This document shows, one piece after another, positions 36,572 through 47,382 of a DNA stretch of 64,000 bases. The position numbers were made by a program, and so were the translations under genes. Every line of letters begins with the position of its first letter. Positions within the stretch are counted from its first letter, which is position 1. Below the pieces are notes generated by a model, which saw nothing but the letters and a program-made list of their open reading frames with translations, did not search any database and was not told the origin of the DNA. Where the stretch lies: the NCBI GenBank assembly GCA_021413965.1, contig JAIOPI010000022.1:120951-184950 (forward strand), read 5' to 3'. This DNA comes from Lentisphaerota bacterium (GTDB lineage: Bacteria; Verrucomicrobiota; Kiritimatiellia; UBA8416; JAIOPI01).

Positions 36572-36646
36572 GCCCCCTTCGTCTATCGGCTAGGACACCA
36601 GGTTCTCATCCTGGTAAGAGGGGTTCGACTCCCCTAGGGGGTGCCA
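36572..36646 (+). tRNA. tRNA-Glu (anticodon CTC)
   Basis: Acceptor stem GCCCCCT/AGGGGGT, anticodon arm CCAGG-TTCTCAT-CCTGG, T-loop GGTTCGACTCC, encoded CCA. Confidence 0.96.
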
Positions 36647-36828
36647 GTCACCAGAGCGGCTTCCTACGTGCGCCGCACGGTGACTGGCGCGGCCAGCCAA
36701 ACCAAACCGCGTCGCGCGATCAACGCCCCCATCCGCTCTGGTGCCCGGTGCCCTTCAGGTGAACATATCTGCGGATTTCTCCGGAATCCGAACACGCACG
36801 CTCCTTTATCTCTGTAAAGGAGACCACC

Positions 36829-36920
36829 ATGCCGCTCCCCTACTGCGTCTACGTCCTGCTCTCCCTAAGCGACCACAATATCTACGTCGGCTACACCACC
36901 GACCTCCCTCGCCGACTCGA
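36829..36920 (+). pseudogene. Truncated GIY-YIG nuclease fragment
   Basis: AAGGAG RBS, then MPLPYCVYVLLSLSDHNIYVGYTTDLPRRL; similarity stops after about 30 codons. Confidence 0.7.
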
Positions 36921-37156
36921 CGCGCGCGGACCGACCCGGAAACCGCGTCTCCTCGAAATCGATCGGCCACACATTCAACGAGACGGCGAACGGCTCGTCG
37001 TCCAACTGGGGGGATGCGGGCAACCGCGTGGGACCCCGTTGGTCAGAGCCTTGACGTATTCATATCGCCCGTTCAAGTAAAGCAGTCCATCTGTGAAGGC
37101 GATAAAGCGCCCTGCATCTTACGGATCATGCCACCCGCCACACATCGGGAATGCGC

Positions 37157-38047
37157 TCAGTGGCCCGCCGGCCAGGCCAGACACTCCCTGCGGAAAATCG
37201 CGACGCTCTGGGAAAGGCTGCGGCGCTTCGGATAGATGAGGGCGATCTGACGCGTGGCCGGCTGCGGCGAGAGGGTGCGAAAGGCGACGCGACGATGCTT
37301 GAATGAAGCAACGGCGAGACGCGGCGTAAAGGTGATGCCGAGCCCCGTTTCCACCATGGCCAGTACGGTGTCGAGCTGCGAGCTGTCCACGGACACAAAC
37401 GGGTCGCTCAGCGTCCGGCTGCAGACTTCCAGCGTCTGGCGGCTCAGGCAGTGCACCTCCTTCATCAGGACCAGTGGATGGTGCATCACGTCTTCGACGG
37501 TGACGACCGTACGCCGACACAGGGGATGACGCCGCGGCAACGTGACGAGCAACTCATCCTCCATGAGAATGTCAACCGTCATGTCGCGCCCACCCGGGAA
37601 CGGCGGACTGGCTAGGCCTGCGTCCAGACGTCCCTCGCGCATGGCTTGCAACAGCGTGTCGGTCGTTTCCTCCGCGACGCGAAATTGAAGCCCGGGACTC
37701 GACCGCAGACACCGGTCGATCAGGGATGGCAGGAGATACGGGGCAATGGTCGGGATGGCTCCCACGGCCAGTTCTCTGCCGGGCGCACCGGCAGCATCGC
37801 ACACCTCCACCTGGATCGCCCCCAATTCGTTGAGGAGCGACTGCGCCCGCGGAAGCAGCCGTTCGCCGCGCGCCGTCAGCAACGCACCGCGCCGTGTGCG
37901 TCGGAACAGAGCGTGTCCGATTTCCGCTTCCAGCTTGAGGATCTGCTGGCTGAGGCTCGGCTGCGAAACGTTACACGCCTTTGCCGCGCGGGAGAAGGTT
38001 CCGTGGCGCGCCACGGCCTGAAAATAGCGGAGCTGATGAATTTCCAT
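37157..38047 (-). CDS. oxyR: Hydrogen peroxide-inducible LysR regulator OxyR
   Basis: MEIHQLRYF..FSRAA..VSQPSLSQQI HTH, GAIPTIAPYLLP, redox HCLSRQTLEVC (Cx8C); divergent from katG. Confidence 0.9.
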   Translation of the reverse strand: MEIHQLRYFQAVARHGTFSRAAKACNVSQPSLSQQILKLEAEIGHALFRRTRRGALLTARGERLLPRAQSLLNELGAIQVEVCDAAGAPGRELAVGAIPTIAPYLLPSLIDRCLRSSPGLQFRVAEETTDTLLQAMREGRLDAGLASPPFPGGRDMTVDILMEDELLVTLPRRHPLCRRTVVTVEDVMHHPLVLMKEVHCLSRQTLEVCSRTLSDPFVSVDSSQLDTVLAMVETGLGITFTPRLAVASFKHRRVAFRTLSPQPATRQIALIYPKRRSLSQSVAIFRRECLAWPAGH

Positions 38048-38049
38048 GT

Positions 38050-38086
38050 ATAGGCCGCGCCTATGTTGTCTATTCGTAATAAGTAT
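38050..38086. promoter_or_regulatory. OxyR operator
   Basis: ATAG-N7-CTAT-N7-ATTC-N7-GTAT versus consensus ATAG-N7-CTAT-N7-ATAG-N7-CTAT. Confidence 0.8.
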
Positions 38087-38126
38087 TTCAACAATATTAT
38101 AAAGTCTGTCACCTTGTGCGTGCTGA

Positions 38127-40379
<2,253 letters not shown>

Positions 40380-40490
40380 TGACCGAGTCGCACTCGACAA
40401 CACCGGTTGCGCACGTCTCACCAGTTGACGTGCCCATTCAAGTTTGCGCCGGTTGATAGCGGCTGCGGCGTGAGAAGCCGCTTTACATAC

Positions 40491-43400
40491 TCAACGGCCG
40501 TCTCCTGCTCGGTAACGCTGGCGGGCGTCATCGTTGCCGTTGCTTTCGGGCTCGACACCCTGCCCAGGCATCAATCGAGCGCTGCCATGACGGACATCCG
40601 TCGGCACCCGAATGCGGAACGTATGGCCGATTATCCCGGACTCCGGGACGGCGCGCAACGCCTTGAAATCGGCTCCGTAGGGTTCCACCAGCAGTGCAGA
40701 GATGCTGGCCACGGTGACTCCAGATATCTGTGACAGGGCCGCCACCCAGGCCGCATGGTCGGCCGCTCCCGCCTGCCAGTGACGCGTGCGCCCCATGAAT
40801 CCACGTAAAGAAGGTTCCGCCACGGGCATGCCGTAGATGGTGACCGGATCCACGAAGCCGAAGTATAGCAGGTGCGGTGAGTGCCCTCGATTGGCCGCCG
40901 TCACGGCGGCCCAATGTGCCTCCAACTCCTCAATATCCTGTCCCCAGTCGTAGTTGCTGTCCACCATCCAGCGCGAACCGCCCGACACGCCGCCCGCCCA
41001 TGCGGGGTAGTAGCTGATGAAATGCGGATAGCAGGCCGTCGCCGCGATCGACGCCAACACCAGCCCGGCGGCCACACCATGGCGCCATCTCCTTGCGGGC
41101 AGGCTGGCCACCCAGAGCGCTGCCGCCAGGATGCCCACGGTCACCACCGGCAGCGCGTGGCGCACGCCGATGGCGAGCCGGTTGGCAAAGACCAGCAGGA
41201 GCAGCAAGACCCCGAACGGAATCCAGGGAATGGCACGTTGTAACCGGACATGTCGCCAAGACGCGACGCATGCCAGGAGCGCGGCCAACACCCATACCGG
41301 CGGCGATTTCAGAACGAGCGCCACCGGCATGTACCACCACGGGGCGCGCAGCAGTTGCATCCCGTGGAAGTAGGCCCGATGGCCGGCGAGGCTGTGCTGC
41401 TCCTGCGCGATCAGTCCTTCCACAAAACGGCCAGCTGGCATGGCCACCCCGGTGAGCCAACCGTCCACCGGCCCTCGAATGACTTGCGGCTCGAAGCCGT
41501 AGAGTCCAAGCAGGAGCGCGGCCAGCGAGGCTATGCCAAGCGGAAGTTGAGCGAGCGGGCGCCAGGACCGCCTCGTCCATGCCACCATCGGGATCACGAT
41601 GACGAGGTAACTCAGCCACCATATCAACCCGCTGTGTTTCGTGGCCGCCGCCGCGGCAAACGAGAGGGTCGCCCATCCCAAGGAGCGCGCATCGGGTGCC
41701 TGCATCGCCCGCCACAGCAGGGCGGTTCCCAGCATGGCAAATGCCGTCACCCCCATATCCGTCGTGGCGAGATTGCCATGCGCGAGCAAAGCTGGATTGA
41801 GCGCGAGCCCGAGGCCGGCTATCCAGGCCGCCGTCGGCCCGCGCCAACGATGTGCCCACCACACGCAGGTCCCGATCAGCAAGGCCAGAAAGGCCGCCGA
41901 ACCGCTGCGCGCCGAGCGGATCAGGTCCGGGTAGAACGTGCGGTTGGCGTCAGCAAAGGCGCAGGAGAAGGACCAGATGTCGGCCTGTTTCCACCCGGGA
42001 TCACGCGTCGGGATGGTCAAGCGCTCGCCGAAGGCGAGGTTCGCGAAATAGGCGCTCGCGAGGTTCTGGAGGGGAGGATGAAAGTAGCTCAGGCGCGTAT
42101 CGCCGGTGCGGAGCGCGGCCACGCCGCGCGCCACGTGGAAGCCTTCGTCGAATGTGCAGGCCCAGTGCGCCCGCGCCCCCAGCCCCAGCGACAAGGCCAC
42201 CAGGATACATGCCGATGCTGAAACGAGCGGGCTACGCCAGGTGGCGCTGGCGCGAACGGCGGTCGACCCGCATACCAGCCCCGCGAGCAGGACGCCCGCC
42301 AGCGCGAGCCACAGACCGGCCCGCCAGCCCGCCGGGGTATACTGGAATCGCACCTGGGTGGTGTCCGCCGGAAGCGCGACGCACATGAGTCCCACGCGTG
42401 TCGGGGAGATCGCGAGCCGGCCACCGCCCTGGTCGCAGGCCGACCAACCGGGGGCCCACGTCTCGCGCACCAGCAACTCGCAGGGATCACCGGCGGTCAC
42501 ATCCACACGAAAATATCCGGGGCGGAAGCGGTGTACGCGAGCCGTGCGCGGGGATGTTTCGGCATCCTCATGGTGACGCTCGTGGAGACTCACGCAAACA
42601 GCCTCCTGAACGTGGCGCAAGTGCAACAGCGTAAGCGCACCGCTCGGGCCCCACGTGGAGGCGGGCTCGGCATCCAAACCCAGCGCCAGGAATTCCGTAC
42701 TGCGAGTGCCGGTGGTCAGCAGCCACTCGACGGCGGTGTCCCGGCAGAAGGCGATGAGCGGCTTGGCGTCAGGGCTGGCGCCGCCGGGGGGCGTCACGGC
42801 GCGATCCCGATAGGCACGCATGGTCGCGGATTCCAGCGGCGAGAAACCGCCTGCCGTGCGCAGGCCCCAGAGCACCGGGCTGTTGAAATCGAGCAGCGAT
42901 CGACTCAGCAGCACCCGCCGTTCGTCAACGGAGAGCGCGGACAAGTCGACTTCGGACGGGGCGGCGACACTGGCGGGATCATGCAGGACACGCCCCTCGC
43001 GAGCGCCGGATTGCCGGATGGTTTGCGCCACCAGGGGCGTGGTCAGCGGATCGAAATGCGAGGTGGTCGGAATCTCAATGAACCATGCCATCCCGGCATC
43101 GATGACAACCAGCGCCACCACGATGCCTGCGGCCACCCTGGGTGAGGCGCCGCGCAGGTTCCGCAAGCCAGCCAACGTCAATACCACAAGCAGCAGCAGT
43201 TCCGCCCAGAAAACACGGGACCATGACCAGCCCTCGCTCGCGGGCATGGCCAGTCCGCAGAGGACCGCCGTTGACAATGCCGTACCGCCGGCCAAGACCG
43301 TCAGCCAGCCGCGTGTCAGTCGCCCCAGGTCCCGCCACCGTCCGGCACGTGCGCAAGCCAGCAGCATGCTGGTGCCGTAGGCGGCCAGGACAGCCAAGCC

Positions 43401-44513
43401 CAGACTCAGCCAGAGAATGTATTTCTCAGGATAGCGGAAGCCACCAAGGATGGGGAGTTGCAGCCAGCAGCGGAATCCAGGCAGGAACCCACCCATGCTC
43501 AGTAGCGCGGCGCCCAGAGACAGCAGCAGGGACCAACGCAACACTGGCCGGGCACGGCGGACCAGCGACAGCCACACCAGTCCAAAGGCGAGGCGCCCAA
43601 TGTGAATCGATGCCGTCCATGGCAACGCGTGGTCGGCCTGCGGCGCCGCGAGTGCATCACCGAGCCAGGCCCCGCGCGGCCCAAAGAGATACGGGACCAG
43701 CAGTTCAAGGAATCTTGCCGGATGCAAAGACCGTTCGATGGCTTCCGTCCACGGCATTCCGCCCGCACGATAGGAATCGGCTTCGGCATACGCCGTGGGG
43801 ACCCACTGGGGAGCCGCAAGCAGTCCACCCATCACCAGCGCCACGGCCAATGCGGGCAGCATCCGTCGCCGGCGCGGATGCAGGATGGCCAGCAGGAACG
43901 CGACGGGAACCCAAAGCACGGCCGCCTGGAAATCGCCTCCCACCAGCATCATCCACCAGCAAGCGGCGGCACCGAGAATGGCCATCCTCGACCGGGGTGA
44001 CGCGTCGCGCCCGGCGAATAACAGGGCCGCCAGACCCAACGGAATCCAGGGCATTGCCACGATGTTGTACGTGTCCCACATGCCCCGCGCATAGCCGCAG
44101 GCCGCATATGATAGCGCGCCGACGGCAGCGGCCGCTGTCGACCGCCGCAGTCCGCGTCGCACCAGCAGGTACATCCCGGCGAGGCTCAGGACGACATGCG
44201 CAAAGACAAAGAGGTGCAGGCCCGGCCGCAACGGCAGAAACCAGCACATCACTCGCAGCGGATAGAGGACCCCGGCATTGATGTTGGCCAACAGGGGCGT
44301 GCCGGAGCATACCGATGACGACCAGAACGGCCAGTGACCGGACAGTATCTGCGCGCGCGCGTCCTGGATCACCGGCAACGTGTACAGGAGGGTGTCCCAG
44401 CGAAAGAGGCTGCGCCCGGGGATCAGAAGTTCCACGCCGAACAGCACGGCCAGCGCTGCGCCGAGCACGAGCCAGGTAAACCGTCGACAGGTTGGTATCT
44501 GACTGGATTTCAT
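40491..44513 (-). CDS. Polytopic membrane protein: YfhO-like GT-C domain fused to an ArnT/PMT-like GT-C domain
   Basis: N-half WPFW...GTPLLAN...LYP, FRYPEK, ETWAPGW..V.F.YTP (YfhO). C-half TFDEGFH, HPPL, HGNLATTDM, KHSG, GVRH..P, DSNYDWGQD. Start uncertain (44513-44582). Confidence 0.8.
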   Translation of the reverse strand: MKSSQIPTCRRFTWLVLGAALAVLFGVELLIPGRSLFRWDTLLYTLPVIQDARAQILSGHWPFWSSSVCSGTPLLANINAGVLYPLRVMCWFLPLRPGLHLFVFAHVVLSLAGMYLLVRRGLRRSTAAAAVGALSYAACGYARGMWDTYNIVAMPWIPLGLAALLFAGRDASPRSRMAILGAAACWWMMLVGGDFQAAVLWVPVAFLLAILHPRRRRMLPALAVALVMGGLLAAPQWVPTAYAEADSYRAGGMPWTEAIERSLHPARFLELLVPYLFGPRGAWLGDALAAPQADHALPWTASIHIGRLAFGLVWLSLVRRARPVLRWSLLLSLGAALLSMGGFLPGFRCWLQLPILGGFRYPEKYILWLSLGLAVLAAYGTSMLLACARAGRWRDLGRLTRGWLTVLAGGTALSTAVLCGLAMPASEGWSWSRVFWAELLLLVVLTLAGLRNLRGASPRVAAGIVVALVVIDAGMAWFIEIPTTSHFDPLTTPLVAQTIRQSGAREGRVLHDPASVAAPSEVDLSALSVDERRVLLSRSLLDFNSPVLWGLRTAGGFSPLESATMRAYRDRAVTPPGGASPDAKPLIAFCRDTAVEWLLTTGTRSTEFLALGLDAEPASTWGPSGALTLLHLRHVQEAVCVSLHERHHEDAETSPRTARVHRFRPGYFRVDVTAGDPCELLVRETWAPGWSACDQGGGRLAISPTRVGLMCVALPADTTQVRFQYTPAGWRAGLWLALAGVLLAGLVCGSTAVRASATWRSPLVSASACILVALSLGLGARAHWACTFDEGFHVARGVAALRTGDTRLSYFHPPLQNLASAYFANLAFGERLTIPTRDPGWKQADIWSFSCAFADANRTFYPDLIRSARSGSAAFLALLIGTCVWWAHRWRGPTAAWIAGLGLALNPALLAHGNLATTDMGVTAFAMLGTALLWRAMQAPDARSLGWATLSFAAAAATKHSGLIWWLSYLVIVIPMVAWTRRSWRPLAQLPLGIASLAALLLGLYGFEPQVIRGPVDGWLTGVAMPAGRFVEGLIAQEQHSLAGHRAYFHGMQLLRAPWWYMPVALVLKSPPVWVLAALLACVASWRHVRLQRAIPWIPFGVLLLLLVFANRLAIGVRHALPVVTVGILAAALWVASLPARRWRHGVAAGLVLASIAATACYPHFISYYPAWAGGVSGGSRWMVDSNYDWGQDIEELEAHWAAVTAANRGHSPHLLYFGFVDPVTIYGMPVAEPSLRGFMGRTRHWQAGAADHAAWVAALSQISGVTVASISALLVEPYGADFKALRAVPESGIIGHTFRIRVPTDVRHGSARLMPGQGVEPESNGNDDARQRYRAGDGR

Positions 44514-44618
44514 CGCTTGCCAGTGGGCCGCTACAGGCACTATCCTGCCAGCTGCGCAGGTGTGCGACATCTGGATGGTCACCTGCCAGGCGCTCCGTGA
44601 TCAGCCCATTGCCGACGC

Positions 44619-45428
44619 ATGTACCTTGAATACTACAATTTGAAGGAATTCCCCTTCAACATCACCCCGGACCCTCGCTTCCTGTACTTTTCCCAGCACC
44701 ATCAGGAAGCCTACGATCATCTCATGTACGGCATTCAAGGCCGGCGAGGCTTCATCGAGCTGACCGGAGAGGTGGGGTCAGGGAAAACAACGCTATGCCG
44801 TGCGGTGCTGGCCAACCTGGGCGAAGGCGTCGAGACCGCACTCATTCTCAATCCCTCACTGACAGAAACGCAGTTGATGCGGGCCATCCTCAATGATTTC
44901 GGGCTGCCGGTCAAGGGGCGCGACCGACTGGCCTACATCGAGACCCTGAATGAGTTTTTGCTTCAAAAAACCTCAGAAGGCACGAATGTTGCTCTGCTGA
45001 TTGACGAAGCACAGGACCTGACGCCCGAGGTCATGGAGCAGGTTCGACTGCTGTCCAACTTGGAGACCGATCAACATAAATTGATTCAAATTGTGCTATG
45101 CGGTCAGCCGGAGTTGAAGGAGCGCCTCGCGCGTCCGGATCTGCGCCAATTGCGGCAGCGCATCACGGTTCGCTACCACATCCCTCCTTTGACACTCGAA
45201 GAAACCATGCTGTATATACGGCATCGGCTATGGGTGGCCGGCGCCAATGGAGAGCTGGTCTTCGATGAGGGTGCCGCCCGTGAAGTCTACCGCTATGCCA
45301 AGGGCGGTCCGCGGCTGATTAATGCCGTGTGCGATCACGCACTGCTTGCAGGTTACGTCACCGGCACCAAGGCTATTGATGCGCGGTGCGTCAAGCGCGC
45401 AATCCGACAATTGGAGGGGCAGACATGA
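44619..45428 (+). CDS. exeA: ExeA/GspA/MshM-family AAA+ ATPase, short form without peptidoglycan-binding domain
   Basis: PFNITPDPRF, GEVGSGKTT, LLIDEAQ, LRLLSNLET-like, GQPEL, LRQRI, PRLIN. Confidence 0.9.
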   Translation: MYLEYYNLKEFPFNITPDPRFLYFSQHHQEAYDHLMYGIQGRRGFIELTGEVGSGKTTLCRAVLANLGEGVETALILNPSLTETQLMRAILNDFGLPVKGRDRLAYIETLNEFLLQKTSEGTNVALLIDEAQDLTPEVMEQVRLLSNLETDQHKLIQIVLCGQPELKERLARPDLRQLRQRITVRYHIPPLTLEETMLYIRHRLWVAGANGELVFDEGAAREVYRYAKGGPRLINAVCDHALLAGYVTGTKAIDARCVKRAIRQLEGQT

Positions 45429-46237
45429 GCCTGATTCAGGAAGCATTGCGTCGCCAGCGGGAAGAAGGCGGAAGCACGCCAGGCGTTCCGCCGCCGACGA
45501 AGGCCGCGCCAGCACCAGTCGGGGCGCCTCCCGCTCCGCCTCCTGTCGCATCCGCCTCGGCCGCACCAAAAGCTGTCCGACCGCCACCGCTCCCCTCAGC
45601 CCCCCCATCTCCTCCACCCGACGGCGAGGGAGAGTCGGCGCCGGCGACCGATGAAGCCGCAGCGGCCATAGCCGCGGTGGAAGAACCCAAAGCGCGCCGA
45701 CGTACGATTATGTCCATCGTCAGGATTGTCCTGGCCATCTGGATCCTCGGCGCCTTGGGAATCTGGATGGTGTTTTTTGCCTATCAACAGTGGCGCAAGG
45801 CCAAGGAGGCCCAGCAGCTGGTGCTGCACGAGCAAACGGCAGGCGCTGCCTCGACAGCAACCGGCACCGCACCAGTGCCCGACGTGGCATCGACGACCGC
45901 ATCCACGACACCTGCTGCAGCAGACACGAACGCCGTCGCCCCCATGGCTTCCAGCGCTGCTGCCGGAAGTGACGTGTCCTCGGGCCACGCGGTCGATGCA
46001 GGCACCGCGCCAGCCGCTCCAGAAGTCACATCGACCGCGCCGCAATCGTGGCCGTTGCTGAAGATATCAGGAGTCGTGGGCAAGGGATTGCGGGGTGCCG
46101 CCACCATCAATGGACATATCGTCACCGTGGGCGAGAAGATCGATGACGTTGAAGTCGTTTCGATCGGCGAATATGGGGCCAAACTTGAATTTGGCGGAGA
46201 AACCCGATTCGCGAAGGTCGGTTCTACCGTGGAGTAG
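45425..46237 (+). CDS. ExeB/GspB-like bitopic protein
   Basis: MSLIQEALRR start, Pro-rich linker, one TM, C-terminal LKISGV..ATING..VGE.I..VEV..I domain; ATGA overlap. Confidence 0.75.
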   Translation: MSLIQEALRRQREEGGSTPGVPPPTKAAPAPVGAPPAPPPVASASAAPKAVRPPPLPSAPPSPPPDGEGESAPATDEAAAAIAAVEEPKARRRTIMSIVRIVLAIWILGALGIWMVFFAYQQWRKAKEAQQLVLHEQTAGAASTATGTAPVPDVASTTASTTPAAADTNAVAPMASSAAAGSDVSSGHAVDAGTAPAAPEVTSTAPQSWPLLKISGVVGKGLRGAATINGHIVTVGEKIDDVEVVSIGEYGAKLEFGGETRFAKVGSTVE

Positions 46238-46258
46238 GAGCCCCGCCCACGGTTTGGA

Positions 46259-47143
46259 TCAGACCGCCGGGCTGCCAGCCGACTTGGCCTGTGCCTCGCG
46301 TGCCCGGTTCATCACGCGGTCGAATTCGGATGGCAGGCACATGAAGAAGTGGCAGGGGCGCCCCACAATACTGGCCACGCTTTTGCGCAACTTCTGATCG
46401 CCCGGGTTCATCACCACCACCAGCGCCTCGTTTCCAATGGAGTCAAAAACGACGGCCCCGCGCCGCAACATGAAGTCAAAAGGCAGGGCCGTCAGCGCCG
46501 ATGGCTGAATGTCAAACATGCCCAGCGAAACAATGGGCGCGCCATTTTCCTTGGATACCGCCAGCATCAGTCGCTCTAGATTCTTGAATGCCCGGAATTC
46601 CAGCGCGTGCAGGACGGAAACCGTCGCGCTGCCATCCCCCGACGACATGTCGGTCAGGTCCTGGACCAGATTGGCGTATTCTTCCTGGCTGACATGGTTG
46701 CCTTCGAGCAGCGCCCATGCAAATGACAGTTCGTCCGCAAGATTGAAGGCTTCGAAGCGCGGTTCCGCGCTCTGCTCGTCGATGCCGAGATCGAGCAGTT
46801 CATCGGAAGCGTCCGTCATGTCACCGCGCGTGGCGGCGAATCGCGCCGTCAGGTTCTCACGCACTTTGGCGACGGCGGGGTCCTGCTCCGCATGTGGCGC
46901 CAGCTGGCGCACCAAGAGTGCCGCGGCATCCGCATCCCCTTCGTCCAGCACGACCTTGGCCAGACGAAGCAGGTATTCCTTGGCCCGCGTCAAGTCACCG
47001 ATCTGGCCGTAGGCATGCGACAGCGCTTCCAGCGAGGCGCGGTCATTGGGCATCGCCTCGAGGATCTGCTCGAATGCCGAAATGGCAATCCATACTTCCT
47101 CTTCAGCCGCCGTCTGCTGACGCTTCTCTGAATTGTCGCTCAT
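46259..47143 (-). CDS. TPR-like plus stand-alone MshEN/T2SSE_N-like domain protein
   Basis: FEQILEAMPND..SLEAL..AY TPR-like helix pair. C-terminal ALPFDFMLRRGAVVFD..EALVVVMNP.D parallels PilB LIPRETMAKRLVVP..LTIAMGDP.D. Confidence 0.7.
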   Translation of the reverse strand: MSDNSEKRQQTAAEEEVWIAISAFEQILEAMPNDRASLEALSHAYGQIGDLTRAKEYLLRLAKVVLDEGDADAAALLVRQLAPHAEQDPAVAKVRENLTARFAATRGDMTDASDELLDLGIDEQSAEPRFEAFNLADELSFAWALLEGNHVSQEEYANLVQDLTDMSSGDGSATVSVLHALEFRAFKNLERLMLAVSKENGAPIVSLGMFDIQPSALTALPFDFMLRRGAVVFDSIGNEALVVVMNPGDQKLRKSVASIVGRPCHFFMCLPSEFDRVMNRAREAQAKSAGSPAV

Positions 47144-47382
47144 GCCGCCATTCCGTCGTGATACATGGAGTGCCCCGGTCACCGCCGGCGGCGCCGCGCG
47201 CCACGGCACGACGTCAACTCCACACGCGGAGCTTAGGCTGGTGTTGCGCCGGAAGTCAAATGCGAAGCCTGCCGGCGAGCCCGCCTCGCCGGCTGATGAT
47301 TGCACCAGAAAAGGGATTGGCACCATGCGGTTGCTGTGACAGAATACCGACCTCAAGCGGATCAAGGGTGCCGCGAATTCCT

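Noticed and set aside
46894-47382. 163-aa N-terminal extension of PilB in the ORF track; similar extensions for pckG, katG, oxyR, OMP, PHP and SH3 genes
   Set aside because: The extensions overlap neighbouring genes or promoters and lack family similarity; downstream starts fit RBS or family N-termini
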